Assembly (NCBI RefSeq): GCF_032191835.1
Contig: NC_083236.1
Coordinates: 45,570,001-45,634,000, forward strand
Direction of reading: 5' to 3'
Length of the DNA stretch: 64,000 bases
Origin: Heteronotia binoei
Lineage: Eukaryota
Shown here: piece by piece, positions 26,572 through 39,481 of the stretch
How the letters are laid out: every line of letters starts with the position of its first letter
Numbering within the stretch: the first letter of the stretch is position 1
The notes under the pieces: generated by a model
The model's input: only the letters and a program-made list of their open reading frames with translations
Told to the model about the DNA's origin: nothing
The model's database searches: none
Program-made: the position numbers and the translations under genes

Positions 26572-26820
26572 GGATCCAGGTGGGCAACCAGGTTGGTCTG
26601 AAGCAACAGAACAAAGTAGGAGTCCACCTTTAAGACCGACAAAGTTTTATTCAGAATGTAAGCTTTCGTATGCAGGAATACTTCTTCAGACAGTGGAATG
26701 AGCTCTACTCACTGTAACTCATTCCTTGTCTGAAGAAGTATGCATGTATACGAAAGCTTACATTCTGAATAAAGCTTTGTTGGTCTTAAAGGAGCTACTG
26801 GACTCCTGCTTTGTTCTGTG
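26572..26820. mobile_element. Penelope-derived inverted repeat (hairpin); related pieces 3439-3565, 40597-40770, 45955-46120, 46360-46460, 50624-50700
   Basis: Arms GAACAAAGTAGGAGTCC...CTTTAAGACC...AAAGTTTTATTCAGAATGTAAGCTTTCGTA...CTTCTTCAGAC in inverted orientation, inserted in a SINE. Confidence 0.75.
26727..26762 (+). ncRNA. Minimal hammerhead ribozyme motif (PLE type); second copy on minus strand 26657-26692
   Basis: TGT-CTGAAGA-A-stem II-GAAAGCTT-ACA: conserved CUGANGA and GAAA cores, palindromic AGCT stem III. Confidence 0.55.
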
Positions 26821-27610
26821 AGCAGGTTCAACTGAGATAGAGCGACCGGCCCAAGGTCACCCAGCGAGCTTCCATGGCAAAGTGGGGATCCACACTTGGG
26901 TCTGCCAGATGCTAACCTGACACTCAGCCACTATGCTACACAGTACATCTGTAATCCATCCCCCCCCCCAGGATCTGTAACCCAGATTTTCTCTACCCCA
27001 AGGAATTTCAAAGCAGTTTACAATCTCACCTTCCCTTGCTCTCCTCAAAACAAGCACCTTGTGAGGTAGGTAGGGATGAGAGAGTTCTGAGAGAACTGTG
27101 ACTGGCTCAGTGTCACCCAGCAGGCTCACTGTTGAGAAGTGGGGGATCCAACTTGGTTCTCCAGATCAGCGTCTGCTGCTCTTAACCATTACACTAGTAA
27201 ATTTTCCTAAAGTTTCCATGCCTGATCATCTAGAGGACATTTTTACTTGCCATGGAGGAGTGGCTGTTTACAAACCATCTTTCAAGAAAAGCAATAGTTT
27301 GCTCTGGCAGAAACTCTTGTCTCCTCTCACACTATTTCTAATGGTAGGCAAACTGGTATTAACACCAATATTGAACCATTAAGTTGCTATGGTACTACAG
27401 CGCAAAATGTTAATTTCAAGGGGGGAACCCAGTTTTCCAGATATGTTAAAAGTCACAAAGAAGACTCTGTGCCACTAAAGGCAAATACCGGCAATGAGAA
27501 TTCAAGTTTCAGTATTATAAGAAATGCCACTGGCATACTACACTGAATCTTGGATCCTTGATGACACTGCCTGGAGAGTGGCATAGGGAACAATCATCAT
27601 CACATACATG

Positions 27611-30600
27611 CGTAAGAACATAAGAGAATGTTGGATCAGGCCAATGGCCCATTCAGTCCAACACTCTGTGTCACACAGTGGCCAACAAAAAAACCCAACA
27701 CAAACACAAACAAACAAAAAAACCAAGTGCCATCAGGAGGTTCACAAGTGGGTCTAGAAGCCCTTCCACTTTGCCCCCCCACCACCAAGCACCAAGAATA
27801 CAGAGCATCGCTTCCCCAGACAGTTCCAATAATATACTGTGGCTAACAGCCACTGATGGACCTCTGCTCCATATTTTTATCCAATCCCCTCTTGAAGCTG
27901 ACTATGCTTGTAGCTGCCGCCACCTCCTGTGGCAGTGAATTCCACATGTTAATCAGCCTTTGGGTGAAGAAGTACTTCCTTTTATCCGTTTTAACCTGAC
28001 TGCTCAGCAATTTCATTGAATGCCCACGAGTTCTTGTATTGTGAGAAAGAGAGAAAAGTACTTCTCTCTCTACTTTCTCCATTCCATGCATAATCTTGTA
28101 AACCTCTATCATGTCACCCCACAGTCGACGTTTCTCCAAGCTAAAGAGCCCCAAGCGTTTTAACCTTTTTTCATAGGGAAAGTGTTCTAAACCTTCAATC
28201 ATTCTAGTTGCCCTTTTTTGGACTTTTTCCAATGCTATATCCTTTTTGCTGTGCGGTGACCAGAATTGTACACAGTATTCCAAATGAGATCGTACCTTCG
28301 ATTTATACGGGGGCATTATGATACTGGCTGATTTGTTTTCAATTCCCTTCCTAATAATTCCCACCAAGGCGTTGGCCTTTTTTATTGCAATCACACACTG
28401 TCTTGACATTTTTAGTGAGTTATCTACCATGATCCCAAGATCTCTCTCTTGGTCAGTCTCTGCCAGTTCACATCCCATCAACTTGTATTTGTAGCTGGGA
28501 TTCTTGGCCCCAATGTGCATTACTTTGCACTTGGCCACATTGAACCTCATCTGCCATGTTGACGCCCACTCACTCAGCCTCAACAGATCCCTTTGGAGTG
28601 CCTCACAATCCTCTCTGGTCCTCACTACCCTGAACAATTTAGTGTCATCTGCAAACTTGGCCACTTCACTGCTTACTCCCAACTCCAAATCATTAATGAA
28701 CAACGACCAAATCCAGGATCGCCCTACCCCTGGTAAATTCTGTGACCATCTGCTCCATAGCAGTCATTGAGAGTGTCTAGAAACGCAATCTCTTTCTCTC
28801 GACCTGAACACATATTGACCCAATCAATCTGCGGGTAGTTGAAATCACCTATTACGACACAGTTTTTATGTTTAGCCGCTATCTTAAATCCTTCCATCAT
28901 ATTATAATCGTCCTCTGTCTTTTGATTTGGTGGGCGATAACAAACTCCCATAGTTAAATTTCCTTTTGGGCCCTCTATTTCGACCCAAAGCATTTTTAGA
29001 AGGAAAACTAATTCTGACCTCAGTCTTGCTGGCTTTTTGTCTGGCCCAATGCGTCCTTAACCACGAGGTGGAGAAGGTGGGCCACGCAAGGAAGGCATTT
29101 CAGGCCCTGATGCTGGACATCCGCCTTGATATTGGAGCCAACGTCAGTCACCACGAAGCCCATGGAGATGTCCCCACTGCCTACCCAGCCCTCTAACTGC
29201 AGTGAGAGGATGGCTCTGAGAGTGTCCGCTGTGTGCGGCGCATCAACTGCTTCAGCGTGCAGCAAGGCCCAGCGATAGCCAGCCTGGTGGCTCTGACTCT
29301 GCCTGCCGCTACTGCCACCCCCACCCTGCAGCTCACTGGGTTGCTACCAATGCACAGTCAGGGAGAGATACCCCTCAAACGCATGTTGGGAGCTCCAGAT
29401 ATCCGAGGTGAAATGAACAGTCCCCCCGGCAGCACGGGACAAATGCTCCTTCACCACAGATCTGGTCACCCTGAAAGCAGATGGCACAATGGTCCTGCTA
29501 ATGGTGGTTCTAGCAGGAACTTTGTACCAGGGCGCCAGGTACTCAAGCAACTCTAGCACCCCAGGATTCTCGACCACTGAAAATGGAAGCCCATGGGCAA
29601 CCGACCAGGCAAGGTTCCAGATGATCACCCTCCTGTCATACCTGATTTCCCCTCTTGGCACACAGGTGCCACCCCCACCAAACATCTCAGGCAGAGATGG
29701 CTGGCGTTCCTGCCTTGTCATGGAACTCTCCTGGAGAGCTCTGGAGGTAGTCGCAATGGGACGGACCTCCCGGCTGGGTGGTATTGGCTGCTTGGGCACC
29801 CCAGCACCAGCCTGCTTCTTCCCCTTAAGAAGCACCGCCTGGTGGTGCTTCCGCAGGTGGTTCTGTATCCCCCCCAGAGTCAGGTGGGCAGGGTTCCGCC
29901 CACAACTGATCCGGGCCCTGCACAGCTGGCACTGCACATAGTATGGATCCTCCATAAGCCGGAAATGCTTCCAGACTTTGGAGGTGTACGGATGCCCAAG
30001 ATGACCGGCAGCTTGGGTGTCCAGAGCCACCTCCTGTGAGGTGCTCGGGGCAGACACATCGTGTCTCGGGGTGGCAGGAGGGGCTGGCTGCTGGGGGGAA
30101 GTGGGCAGAGATGGAGGCACCTCGTGTGTTTCCATTTCTTCCCCTTCCACCCCATGTGGCCTCCCCTCCTGGCCATCCCCTGAAGGACTGCTGGTGCCTA
30201 AAGAAACCGAAGAAGGGGGTTGGTCCTCCTCAACCAGCTTCTCCTGCAGCTCCTGCATGACACTCTGCACCCTCCTTGGGGTGATCGTTTTGGGCAGAAA
30301 ACTGTCCCCAAAACTCATCTCCAAGGAGACTGCTCTTGCTACCCCTCCTCCGGCTGAGGCCGAGCGACATCAGTTGGAGGAGAGACTGCCCGAGCAGCAG
30401 ACCCCTGCTCAGTGCCAGCACCTAATGGCACCTCTGCTGAGGGCGCCCCAGCAACAGCCTCGATAAAAGGCCCAAGGCAGGACTTCTTCATCACACTCTG
30501 CCAAAGGTCGGAGTGCTGGAAGGCGGCTGTGGAGTGGCCCTATGCACAGGTATACCCTCTCTGACATACTGTATACCCTCTCTGACATACAGAGCCACCC

Positions 30601-32400
30601 CACCTCCAACCCTTCCCTCCCTATCCGATATAATTTATATCCAGGAATCACCGTGTCCCACTGATTCTCCTCATTCCACCAAGTTTCTGAAATTCACACA
30701 ATGTCTATGTTTCTCCCAACACTAAACATTCCAACTCACAAATTTTACTTCGAATACTTCTAGCATTTGTATACAAACATCTATAATTTCCCAGGCAAGC
30801 TAGGCCCGCAACCTTCCTCCTGCTGCCTCAAGACTTTGGCAGACAGTCCATACTGTTTGTCACCATTTCAGTGGACAACTCTGATCCATTACCCGGTAGA
30901 AAAGTAACAGCTAACCCTTCATCTCTTTGAGATGAGTCCTCCCGAACCAGAGACATTTAATCTCCTGTCAGCTTCCCCCCAAGATTTAGTTTAAAAACTG
31001 CTCTGCCACCTTTTTGATTTTAAGCGCCAGCAGCCTGGTTCCATCTGGGGACAAGTGGAGACAGTCTCTTTTGTACAGCTCCCGCTTGTTCCAGAAAGCA
31101 TCCCAGTACCTAACAAACTTAAACCCTTCTTCCCTACACCATCGTCTCATCCACACATCGAGACTTCTGATTTGTACCTTTCTCTCTAGCTATGCACGTG
31201 GAACAGGTAGCATTTCTGAGAAGACTACCTTGGAGGTCCTGACCTTAAGTCTCCTGCCTAGCAGCCTAAATTTTTCCTCCAGGACCTCACAACTGCATTT
31301 TCCTACACTGTTGGTGCCAACAACCATGGCCACTGGCTACTCCCCAGCACTGTCTATCAACCTATCTACAACACGTGTAATGTCCACTACCTTCGCACCA
31401 GGCAGGCAAGTCACCATACGGTCAGTATGCGGTTTTGCCACCCAGCTGTCTACTTGCCTAAGGATCAAATCACCAACTACTAAAACCCGCCCCCCTCCCT
31501 GCCCAGGGATGGTTCCTTGGCGTGAAAGGATACCTGCTCACCAACTGAAGAAGAGGTCCCTTCTGAGGGCGCAGTCCCCTTATCCTCAGCCCGGTGCCCG
31601 GTGCCCTGTTCCCTCTCAACCCTCATGCTCCCTGGCAGCAACGGGGCTGCCACGTTCAGAGTGGGGCTCATCTAACACATCCCCAAGAGTCTTCTCCAAG
31701 TGCCTAACTGTCTCTGCTTCTCCAGGTCCGCCACCTCGTCCTCAAGGGTACGAACTCATTCCCTGAGGACCAGGAGCTCCTTGCATCGAGCACACACCCA
31801 AGACTTCTGCCCTGTGGGCAGATAGTCATACATGTGACACTCAGTGCAAAACAATGAAAAACCCCCACCCCCCTGCTGGCATTCTACCTTCATGATAGCT
31901 TTTTAAAAATATACAGTCCCTTTTTAAATCCTGTTTATGTGGCTCTCCTTCTGGAGAGTCTACTTACCTTATTGAGAACACAAGGAAAATAGGGATCTGG
32001 GTTCCTGGTCCTTACACAGCCCCCATGCTAAGAGCCACAGGCCAAGAGCCCTTTAGCTCTCACCCTTCGGCTCGCGCCTCTGGCAAGGCACAGCTTAATA
32101 ATGCAAAGAGGGTGGGGCCTCAGTCTGCCCCAAGAACACAACCACTCCTAATCAATCAGCAACAATCACCTTCAGCCCACTCAAACCAAACAGCAGTTTC
32201 CCAGCAACCACAAACTCAGAATTTTCAGCTATCACACAGTCACATAGAAATTCTCAGCAACTTCCCCAGCTGTTTAGAAAGCCAAACCTCACCCTTATAG
32301 CACTTCTTATCCACTCTTTCTCAGAGCTCTCTGAAATGTGCTCAGCCTCTAGCAAGGCGCAGCTTATCGTTGCCTCTGGCAAGGCACAGATTATCGTTCT
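27611..32400 (-). mobile_element. Full-length-type CR1 LINE, inactivated, with internal ORF2 deletion and captured hAT fragment
   Basis: ORF1 30986-31882 (CxxC finger FCTECHMY...CARC; SGNH esterase VLVVGD...VVGTN; contains stops). ORF2 endonuclease (YTNARS, ISETWW, VCYRPP, GDFNYP) and RT C-terminus (FADDTKL, 27843-28703). TTCTTATG-type 3' tail. Confidence 0.92.
29033..30549 (-). pseudogene. hAT (Ac/ZBED-like) transposase fragment, about 490 codons
   Basis: BED finger SKVWKHF...CQLC...NHLRKHH; LPFSVVENPG; catalytic FTSDIWSS and VTDVGSN; CVAHLLHLVVKDAL. One frameshift near 30340 and one TAG at 29344; no TIRs seen. Confidence 0.9.
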
Positions 32401-32991
32401 ATCCATAATGCTCTTGCTTCAATGACTGTTCAAAATGAGTCAAGGAGATGACATTTTCACAGCCTCCCCTTGTCCATTGAATAAAGCCACAAACATTTTA
32501 AGCCCATTCTTTGCTACTATATGGAGTCTGCCATGACTTCCTTTTCCCGCTGCGTTTTCTGCTAGCAGTTTCACATAGAGCTGTACCTATACTGAACATA
32601 AAAATATTCATAGGGGAGAGTGGAATGCCTCTCTGGGTCAATTTCACTTACAAAAGCAATAAAATAAGAATGCATTAAGCTTACGATTCACCAGGGTCTC
32701 ATACCTCCCAAAATACTAATTTTTAAAAAAATCACAAAGGTTTTTTTGAAATAGCAGAGACAACAGTATGAGTAAAGGGAACAGCTTTGTCAGTATTCAC
32801 CTCTGGTGGGGCTTTGTTTTTGATTAAGGGTGTACACAACTGTGGCCAACAGTGGTACATCTATGGAAATTAACATTATACCACTAATGCAAAGCAGCCA
32901 GAACTGAGGATAGTCAACTGTATTCCAATCTGGGGAGAAAAACCTAGTTCTGAGTTTGTTGTTGTTGCTGTTTGTGACAAGGTCAGTCTTA

Positions 32992-33390
32992 GGGTGGGAT
33001 CACACTGGGAATTTGGTGCTGCAATATCCTGGCTTTGAAAAAGCTGGTGCTCTACGATGCATGCTGCAGCAATCACACAGCCCCTGCCCTGCTACTGGAA
33101 GAGGCACGAATTGCACATGCACAAGACGAGCATTCAGACTGCTCCTATATGTGCGAGACACCTGCATTGCACACCCCAGTCATTCAGACAGCCAGGAAAT
33201 GCACCCTGCATAACTATTAGAGATCTGCTACTGGGAAGTTCCTGGTAGCTATTTAATCTGGTCCCAGCCCATGCTAAGACAAGGTAAGTACAGGCGCGAC
33301 TCAGGGAGCAGATGTGTGTGTGATCGTGCACATTAAATCTAGATGGGAGGTGTGGCTAGGTCGAGCCAAATCTCTTGTGTGATCTCACCC
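32992..33390. mobile_element. PIF/Harbinger-type MITE
   Basis: TIR GGGTGGGATCACAC / GTGTGATCTCACCC with 3-bp TTA TSD. Confidence 0.75.
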
Positions 33391-35479
33391 TTAGTAAAAT
33401 CCCAGTTTGGAAAAGGTCTCCACCCACCTAGCAAAAGAGACAAACTAATGCTAAGAGACTTCCCTCATTGCCAACAAGGGAATTTCTGATTCCAGAATAT
33501 GAGAATGAAAACTGAAAAGGTTAACCTCCTGAAAAGGTTAGCTTTCCTTCTCTTACCTAGATGGACTACAGGCACACAACAGATTAAATAAGCAAGGAGG
33601 TTTGTCAAGGAGCTGACATTTATTTCTAGGCTGCAACTTTTGGATGTACGCCAATTATAAACCACTCTTCTAATGTAAACACCCAAAGGTGTCCTCTTAT
33701 AGAGCACTCACTCCCTTCTAGTCTGACTTGTACTTCCTTTTGAGATGCCTTGTTTTAGTTCTTCTGGTTACTTCCCTGAAAGAGATGGCATGCACGAGGG
33801 GAGCATTTGGTGAGTCTGCATGAATACAGCTGGTTTACTATTTGTTACCCCAGAAAATAACTTTTATTAACTTATAAGTGCCTCAATACCCTAAGAGAAC
33901 GCCAACATCTTCTGTGCTTTAAATCATCATCAATGCCCAGGGAGCAAAGACTAGAAATCTCAAAAAACACCTGGAGATACTGAGCACATGATGCCAGCTC
34001 AGCTCCAAATTCTAGACCTGAAGACTTTCTCACAGATTTCAGAACAGTTCATTAAACAACAGTCTATTGTTTACCATGACTCCAGGTTAAAGAGGTCCCT
34101 TATCAGCAATGAAGGATTTTGTCAAGGCTTTCTAATGAATTGCTCATCCTTGATAGTATGATTGACAATCATACCTGAAGTAGTAGAATTTTTTTTTTTT
34201 AAACTGCAAGTCTTCAACAGCTTGCTATTTCCTACCCTACAAGGCTGAGTGGTGGGCTCTCCTTCCTTAGAGGTTTTGAAACAGAGGCTAGATAGCCATC
34301 TGACAGCAATGCTGATTCAGTGAATTAGGCAGATCATGAGAAGGAGGGTCAGAAGGGTTGCATCCAAAGTTCCTTCTAAGCTGTAGAGTCTGGTGAGCAA
34401 AAATTCTACTTTGTGAGCTCCTGGCATTAAAGCTGTGACCTACTGAATAAGTTAATATGCTCTGGATACATTTTTCCTGAGCTAAGACAAAAATGTGTGA
34501 GCTGGAGACTAAAAATCTGTGAGCTAGCTCACACTAACTCAGCTTAGAGGGAACACTGGTTGCATCAGTACTTAGTTCTTGTGGCCCCTTCTCACACACA
34601 CCAGGGAAATGCTGATTGATACTCTGGGGTCAGTCAGAATTTTTTCTCCAGGCCAGTTTGGCAAGGAATCCTGGATATTTTTGCAATATTCCAGGCATTA
34701 AGCAGGGGTCACTGGGGACATATGTGTGTGTGGGGGGGGGGGGGAGGTATATTTGTGAATGTCCAACATTTTGCAGGGAGTTAGACTAGATGACCCTGGA
34801 GGTCCCTTCCAACTCTGTGAGTCTGTATGACTGGTCTAAGGTCACCCAGGAAGCCTCTATGGCAGAGAGGGAATTCAAAGGTACATGCCCCAAATCCTAG
34901 TCCAACGCTGCCATTTAGGAGTCGAAGGCCTTGAGTTCTTCGATTTGAGCTGAAGCCATAGCCTTTCTTTTTTTTTTTTAAATGCTTCTTGTACTTTCAG
35001 AACCCCACATGAATGGCGCATAATTTACAGAAACATAGAAGTAAGGCCTGTCAAACTCATCAAGACACAAACAGAAGGTGGCTCCCAACAGAAGTACTGA
35101 ACGTGAGGCAGTGTGTAAGGTATTCGGAAGGGAGGGTTAACAAATTTGGGGGGGGGGGGGGGGCGGGAAGCAAGCGTCCCTCATCCCGGCCAAAACAAAA
35201 AGGGAACCCAGAGGCACCCTCAATGTAAGTCTGATGAAGTAAACTCTGGTTGTGATCACACACACACTAAATGATGCACTTTAAATGCACTTTCCAACTG
35301 GATTTTACTGTGTGAACAGGCAAAATCCAGTTGGAAAGTGCATTGAAAGTGCATTACTTAGTGTGTGTGACCACGGCCTAAGATGCAGAAAAGGTTGGAC
35401 TGAAACAAAAGTGCATTTATCTTTAGGGACCCAAAAAACTCCGGTTTAATCTGGTTTCCAGCAGATTTCACCCTTGCGA

Positions 35480-36200
35480 AATTATTATTTTAAAAACACC
35501 TATGAACTTCAGACACCGGTTTGCGTGGGGAAGGGCGCTTCCGCTACAAGCCGCGCACGTGGTGGGGCCCGCTGCTCGAATGCACGCGGGAAAACCAAGG
35601 GGCGTAACCCGTTCAGACGTGAGCACAAAAAAGCGACAGAGAGGCTTGCACCGACATAGGAGCAAGAGGGAAAACTGTCTGCACTGTTCGACCATGAAAA
35701 GCCAGGAGTAAAAGCAACCCCCTGGCCCGCTGCCAGCTCGCCGACACACCCACTGCCTCGCCCTTCCCCGCTCTCCGAGAGGCCTTGCGGGGGAAGGGGG
35801 ACAGAGCCCAGGCGCGCCCTCGCTGGCCGGCCCGAGCCCTCCAAGGAGCCCGGAGACCCGCCCTGCTACTTCCGCCCGTCCCGCGCCTGTTGGAAGCGCG
35901 CCGCGGAGGCACTCACCTCACAGCACCCCACTAGGCTAATGGCGGCGGCAGCGGCGGCACCGAGCGCGGCCCGAACCCACTGAGCCCCTCTCTCTCCCTC
36001 ACTCTCTGGCGCCCGCCTCTTCCGGGCCACGCCCCGGCCGCCGCGCGGCATGCTGGGAGATAGAGTTCCGCCCGCGGAATGCCGGAGCCCCTGCTTGACG
36101 GAGGGTGGACTACAGATCCCGTCACGCATCGCGATGAAAGGCTTCTGGACCTGACTAACCACAAAGCATTGTGGGGAAGCAGAGGGGGGCTTTTTCATTT
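35480..36200 (-). promoter_or_regulatory. NUTF2: CpG island, NUTF2 promoter and non-coding exon 1 (donor GTGAGT at 35916-35911)
   Basis: CpG-rich; strong minus-strand donor; SBS-like GACTACAGATCCC at 36108 and TTCCCCACAATGC on the minus strand at 36166-36178. The TSS position is inferred. Confidence 0.75.
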
Positions 36201-36272
36201 TTTTTTTTAAAGCCGGCGGTGCCTCAGGGAGGGGGGAGGGAGTAAATCCGTTCCAAGGAGTTTCACTCTTTG

Positions 36273-36406
36273 GCTGCGATCACATGCATTGAATAATGCA
36301 CTTTCAATGCGCTTTACAGCTGGAGTTTACTGTGTGAACTGGCAAATCCAGTTGGAAAGTGCACTGGAAGTGGATTGAAAGTGCATTATTGTGTGTGATC
36401 ACAGCC
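36273..36406. mobile_element. Palindromic Harbinger-like MITE (GGCTGTGATCACAC...); copies 35247-35377, 47930-48040; another hairpin MITE at 36470-36610
   Basis: Near-perfect hairpins with the TGCACTTTCAATGCACTTT / AAAGTGCATTGAAAGTGCA core. Confidence 0.7.
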
Positions 36407-37360
36407 TTTCACATGCATTGAAGAACGCACTTTCAATCCGCTTTGACAATTAATGGCCAATTCCGCACTAAAACCTTTAATCCTGGTTCAGCCCTGTCCC
36501 CAGACTGACATTCTACACTTGAATCATAGAAACCAAATCTATGAGTTTATGATTCCAGTGTAGAAAATCAGTTTGGGGACAGAGCTGAATCAAAGATCTA
36601 GTGCAGAATTTTTGCAAGTGGATTTTGCCGTTTCACAGGTGCAACATGTGTGGAAAGTGCATTAGTTAGTACGTACAACACTATCTCAGGAATAATTGAT
36701 TCCCATTATTTATGGGAAAAGCCTCTTTGAGACTGGTGGAGTCTGGAAGTCTTGGAAATTTATTCAATTCAACTCAGTGGTTCTACCAGGGTTTGAAATA
36801 CACACCTATTCAAAACCTCACTGAAATGAAGCGGCTTAGAGTGGAGTAATTGCACAGGATTGCACTGTTTGAGGGAGAGCTATTCTAATTGAGAAGTGAT
36901 TTAATAATTTTTAGGATTTTTTTAAATTTAGAGGACTCCATAATCTCTGGCTGAATAAAAGGGTATACACAGGGTGTGATTAAAATGTGGAATTTGCTGC
37001 CAGAGGATGTAGTAATGGCCACAGTGACAGACAGCTTTAAAAGAGAATTCATGGAGGATAGACCTATCAGTGGCTAGTAGCCATGGTGACTGAGGGGAAC
37101 CTCCACTTTCAGAAGCAGTCATCCTCTGAATCCCAGTGCCAGGAGGCAACATGTGGGAAAGTCTTGGCCTTTATACCCTGTTGTTGGCCCTCCAGAAAAC
37201 TGTGGGAAACAGGCTGCTGGACTAAATGGAGCAGTCATCTGATACAGCAGGGCTCTTCTTAGGAGTACAAAAACTTTAGTTTACTTTATCTGTGTACTAC
37301 AAATCCAGCTCTGATTATTACTCTTTGATACACCCAGATGCCGCTGCTTGGGGAATTCTA

Positions 37361-37582
37361 ATAGGGTTGCCAGGTCTGGGTTGGAAAATACCTGGAAACT
37401 TTGGGGGTGGATCTGGGAGAGGGCAGGGTTTGGGGAGGGAAGGGGCCTCGGCATTGTACAATGTCATAGAGTCCACCCTTCAAAGCAGCCATTTTTTTTC
37501 TTCAGGCAGCTGATCTCTGTCAGCTGGAGATCAATTGTAAAAGCCAGAGATCTCCATGCCCCACCTGGAGGCTGGCAATTCT
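37361..37582. mobile_element. DNA-transposon MITE family TAGGGTTGCCAG; also about 3788-3990, 48750-48960, 49535-49735
   Basis: Shared internal sequence (caccacctggaggctggcaa) and TIR-like ends; hAT assignment is tentative. Confidence 0.6.
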
Positions 37583-39291
37583 ACTCACATAGGTACATAG
37601 TGTAATGGTTATTAGAGCGGCAGACTAGGATCTGGGAGAGACCCATGTTTGAATCCCCTGATCTGCCATGAAATCTGAAGCTAGAGCATCTGTGACAGAT
37701 GGCTGTCCAGCCTCTGCTAGAAAACTGCTAGTTAGGGAGAGCTCACTCAACCTCATCAAAGTAATTGGCTCCATTGTCAAACTGCTGTCACCATTAGGTA
37801 GTTTCTCCAGCTGTGATATCAGTCCTAGCTCTAGCCTTGCCCTCTGGACCAGCAGATAAGAAATCTTTGCCCTTTTCTATACAAAAGATCATTCAAGAAT
37901 CTGCACAGTGTAATCATATCCCCCTCTCTCAACAGCCTTCTCCAGACGAAACATACCCAGTTTCTGAAGAATGGAATGGTACTATTATTTCTCATGGAGC
38001 GTGGAATTAACTCTAAGTTCAGCTGTACAGATACCTATGATTAAATTTTTACAGGTCTGACAAAAAATATTCTGATCTGGTAACTTAAACACATTAAACC
38101 CAGCGGGGCAGAGATTGTTTTTCATATTGGTCATTCTGTGATCACATTGGTACAGGTCTCTAAAATAAAAAAGAAAACCAAGAAATATCATACCTTTAAT
38201 AGGTTGGATCCAACCACTTTTCCCAGTGGTGAACAAGGAAGAAGTCCCCTCTGACCACACAAAAACGGTCATGTTGGGCATCACAAGATTCTTATGGACA
38301 AAAGCCATGTGAGAGGATGTGATGTTAGCCTGGGCCATCCAGGTCAGAACAAGTAATCCTAGTACATTGCCATTTTCCTCCTTTAGTATGTGTGGCACTT
38401 GCCATTTAACTTATGCTTTTAACTAGTGACTTGAATATTTATATTCTCACTTTTCCTATAGTGCAGAGGGGGCCAAACTTGCTTAACATAAGAGTCATAT
38501 AGAACAAACATCAAGATGTTTGGAGCCACAAGACACAAATGTCAGATGAAGGAGGGAGGGTGGGAAGAATGGAGGAAGGAAAATAGATGGGGGAGAGGGA
38601 GGGAGGAGGGTGAGGTGGAAAGAAATCAACTTTAACTTTAAATACATTCTCCAAGCCGAAATGCCTTCTCCAATCTAGCCAATGGAACAGTGGGCGCTTC
38701 AAGAGCCACATGTGGCTCTCAAACCACAATTTGGCCACCCCTGCTAGAGTGCATGATATCAGAGAAGGAATGGGGCTGGCACAATATTTTTCTTCAAGGC
38801 TTTAATGCACTGTTCACAATGACCTCTCTCTTTTGCTAAAAGCGGTTGTTAAAAAAAAGCTTGTTCTGAAACACTTCCTCAAGGTAGAGAGCCCTGTATG
38901 TCCATAAAGAAGTTAGTTTGGTGGCTAAACAGTAATAATTAGTACCTTGATTCTATGCACATTGTATTTAATGAATCCAACTCAACATATTAAATAGAGT
39001 GCTGCTGAAATACGTATGTCCAATAAATACCATAAATGCTTTGATTCTAGAAAACCATACACGGGATTTTTGCCTTCAGATTAGGAATGCCAAAATGCAA
39101 GCAATATAGATCTTTTGAATTCTAGATCTTCATTTGACAAAATTACAGGAGTTGATACCTGATAGACATATAAGTGCAAACAGATATTATCTTTCCAGGT
39201 CAAGTTGATCTAGGAAATAAATCTCTGGATGTAGTTAAGAAATTTGCAATCCTAAAATGTACAGCTCAATGCTATGCATTTTTACTTATTT

Positions 39292-39481
39292 AGGGCTTTT
39301 TTTGAGCAGAAACGCAGTTCTGCCTGGCTTGGCATCAGGGGGTGTGGCCTAATACGCAAATGAGTCCCCGCTGAGCTTTTTCTACAAAAAAGCCCTGTGT
39401 GAAACAACAGTGACATCAGGGTATGTGGCCTAATATGCAAGTCAGTTCCTGCTGGGCTTTTTCTTACAAAAAAAAGCCTTG
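39292..39481. mobile_element. Small MITE family (AGGGCTTTTTTTG...AAAAAAGCCCT, TATGCAAATGAG core); also 11290-11417, 17839-17945, 58110-58300
   Basis: Four recognisably similar copies with terminal inverted repeats. Confidence 0.65.

Noticed and set aside
31014-31766. 250-aa plus-strand ORF
   Set aside because: Antisense of the CR1 ORF1 esterase region.
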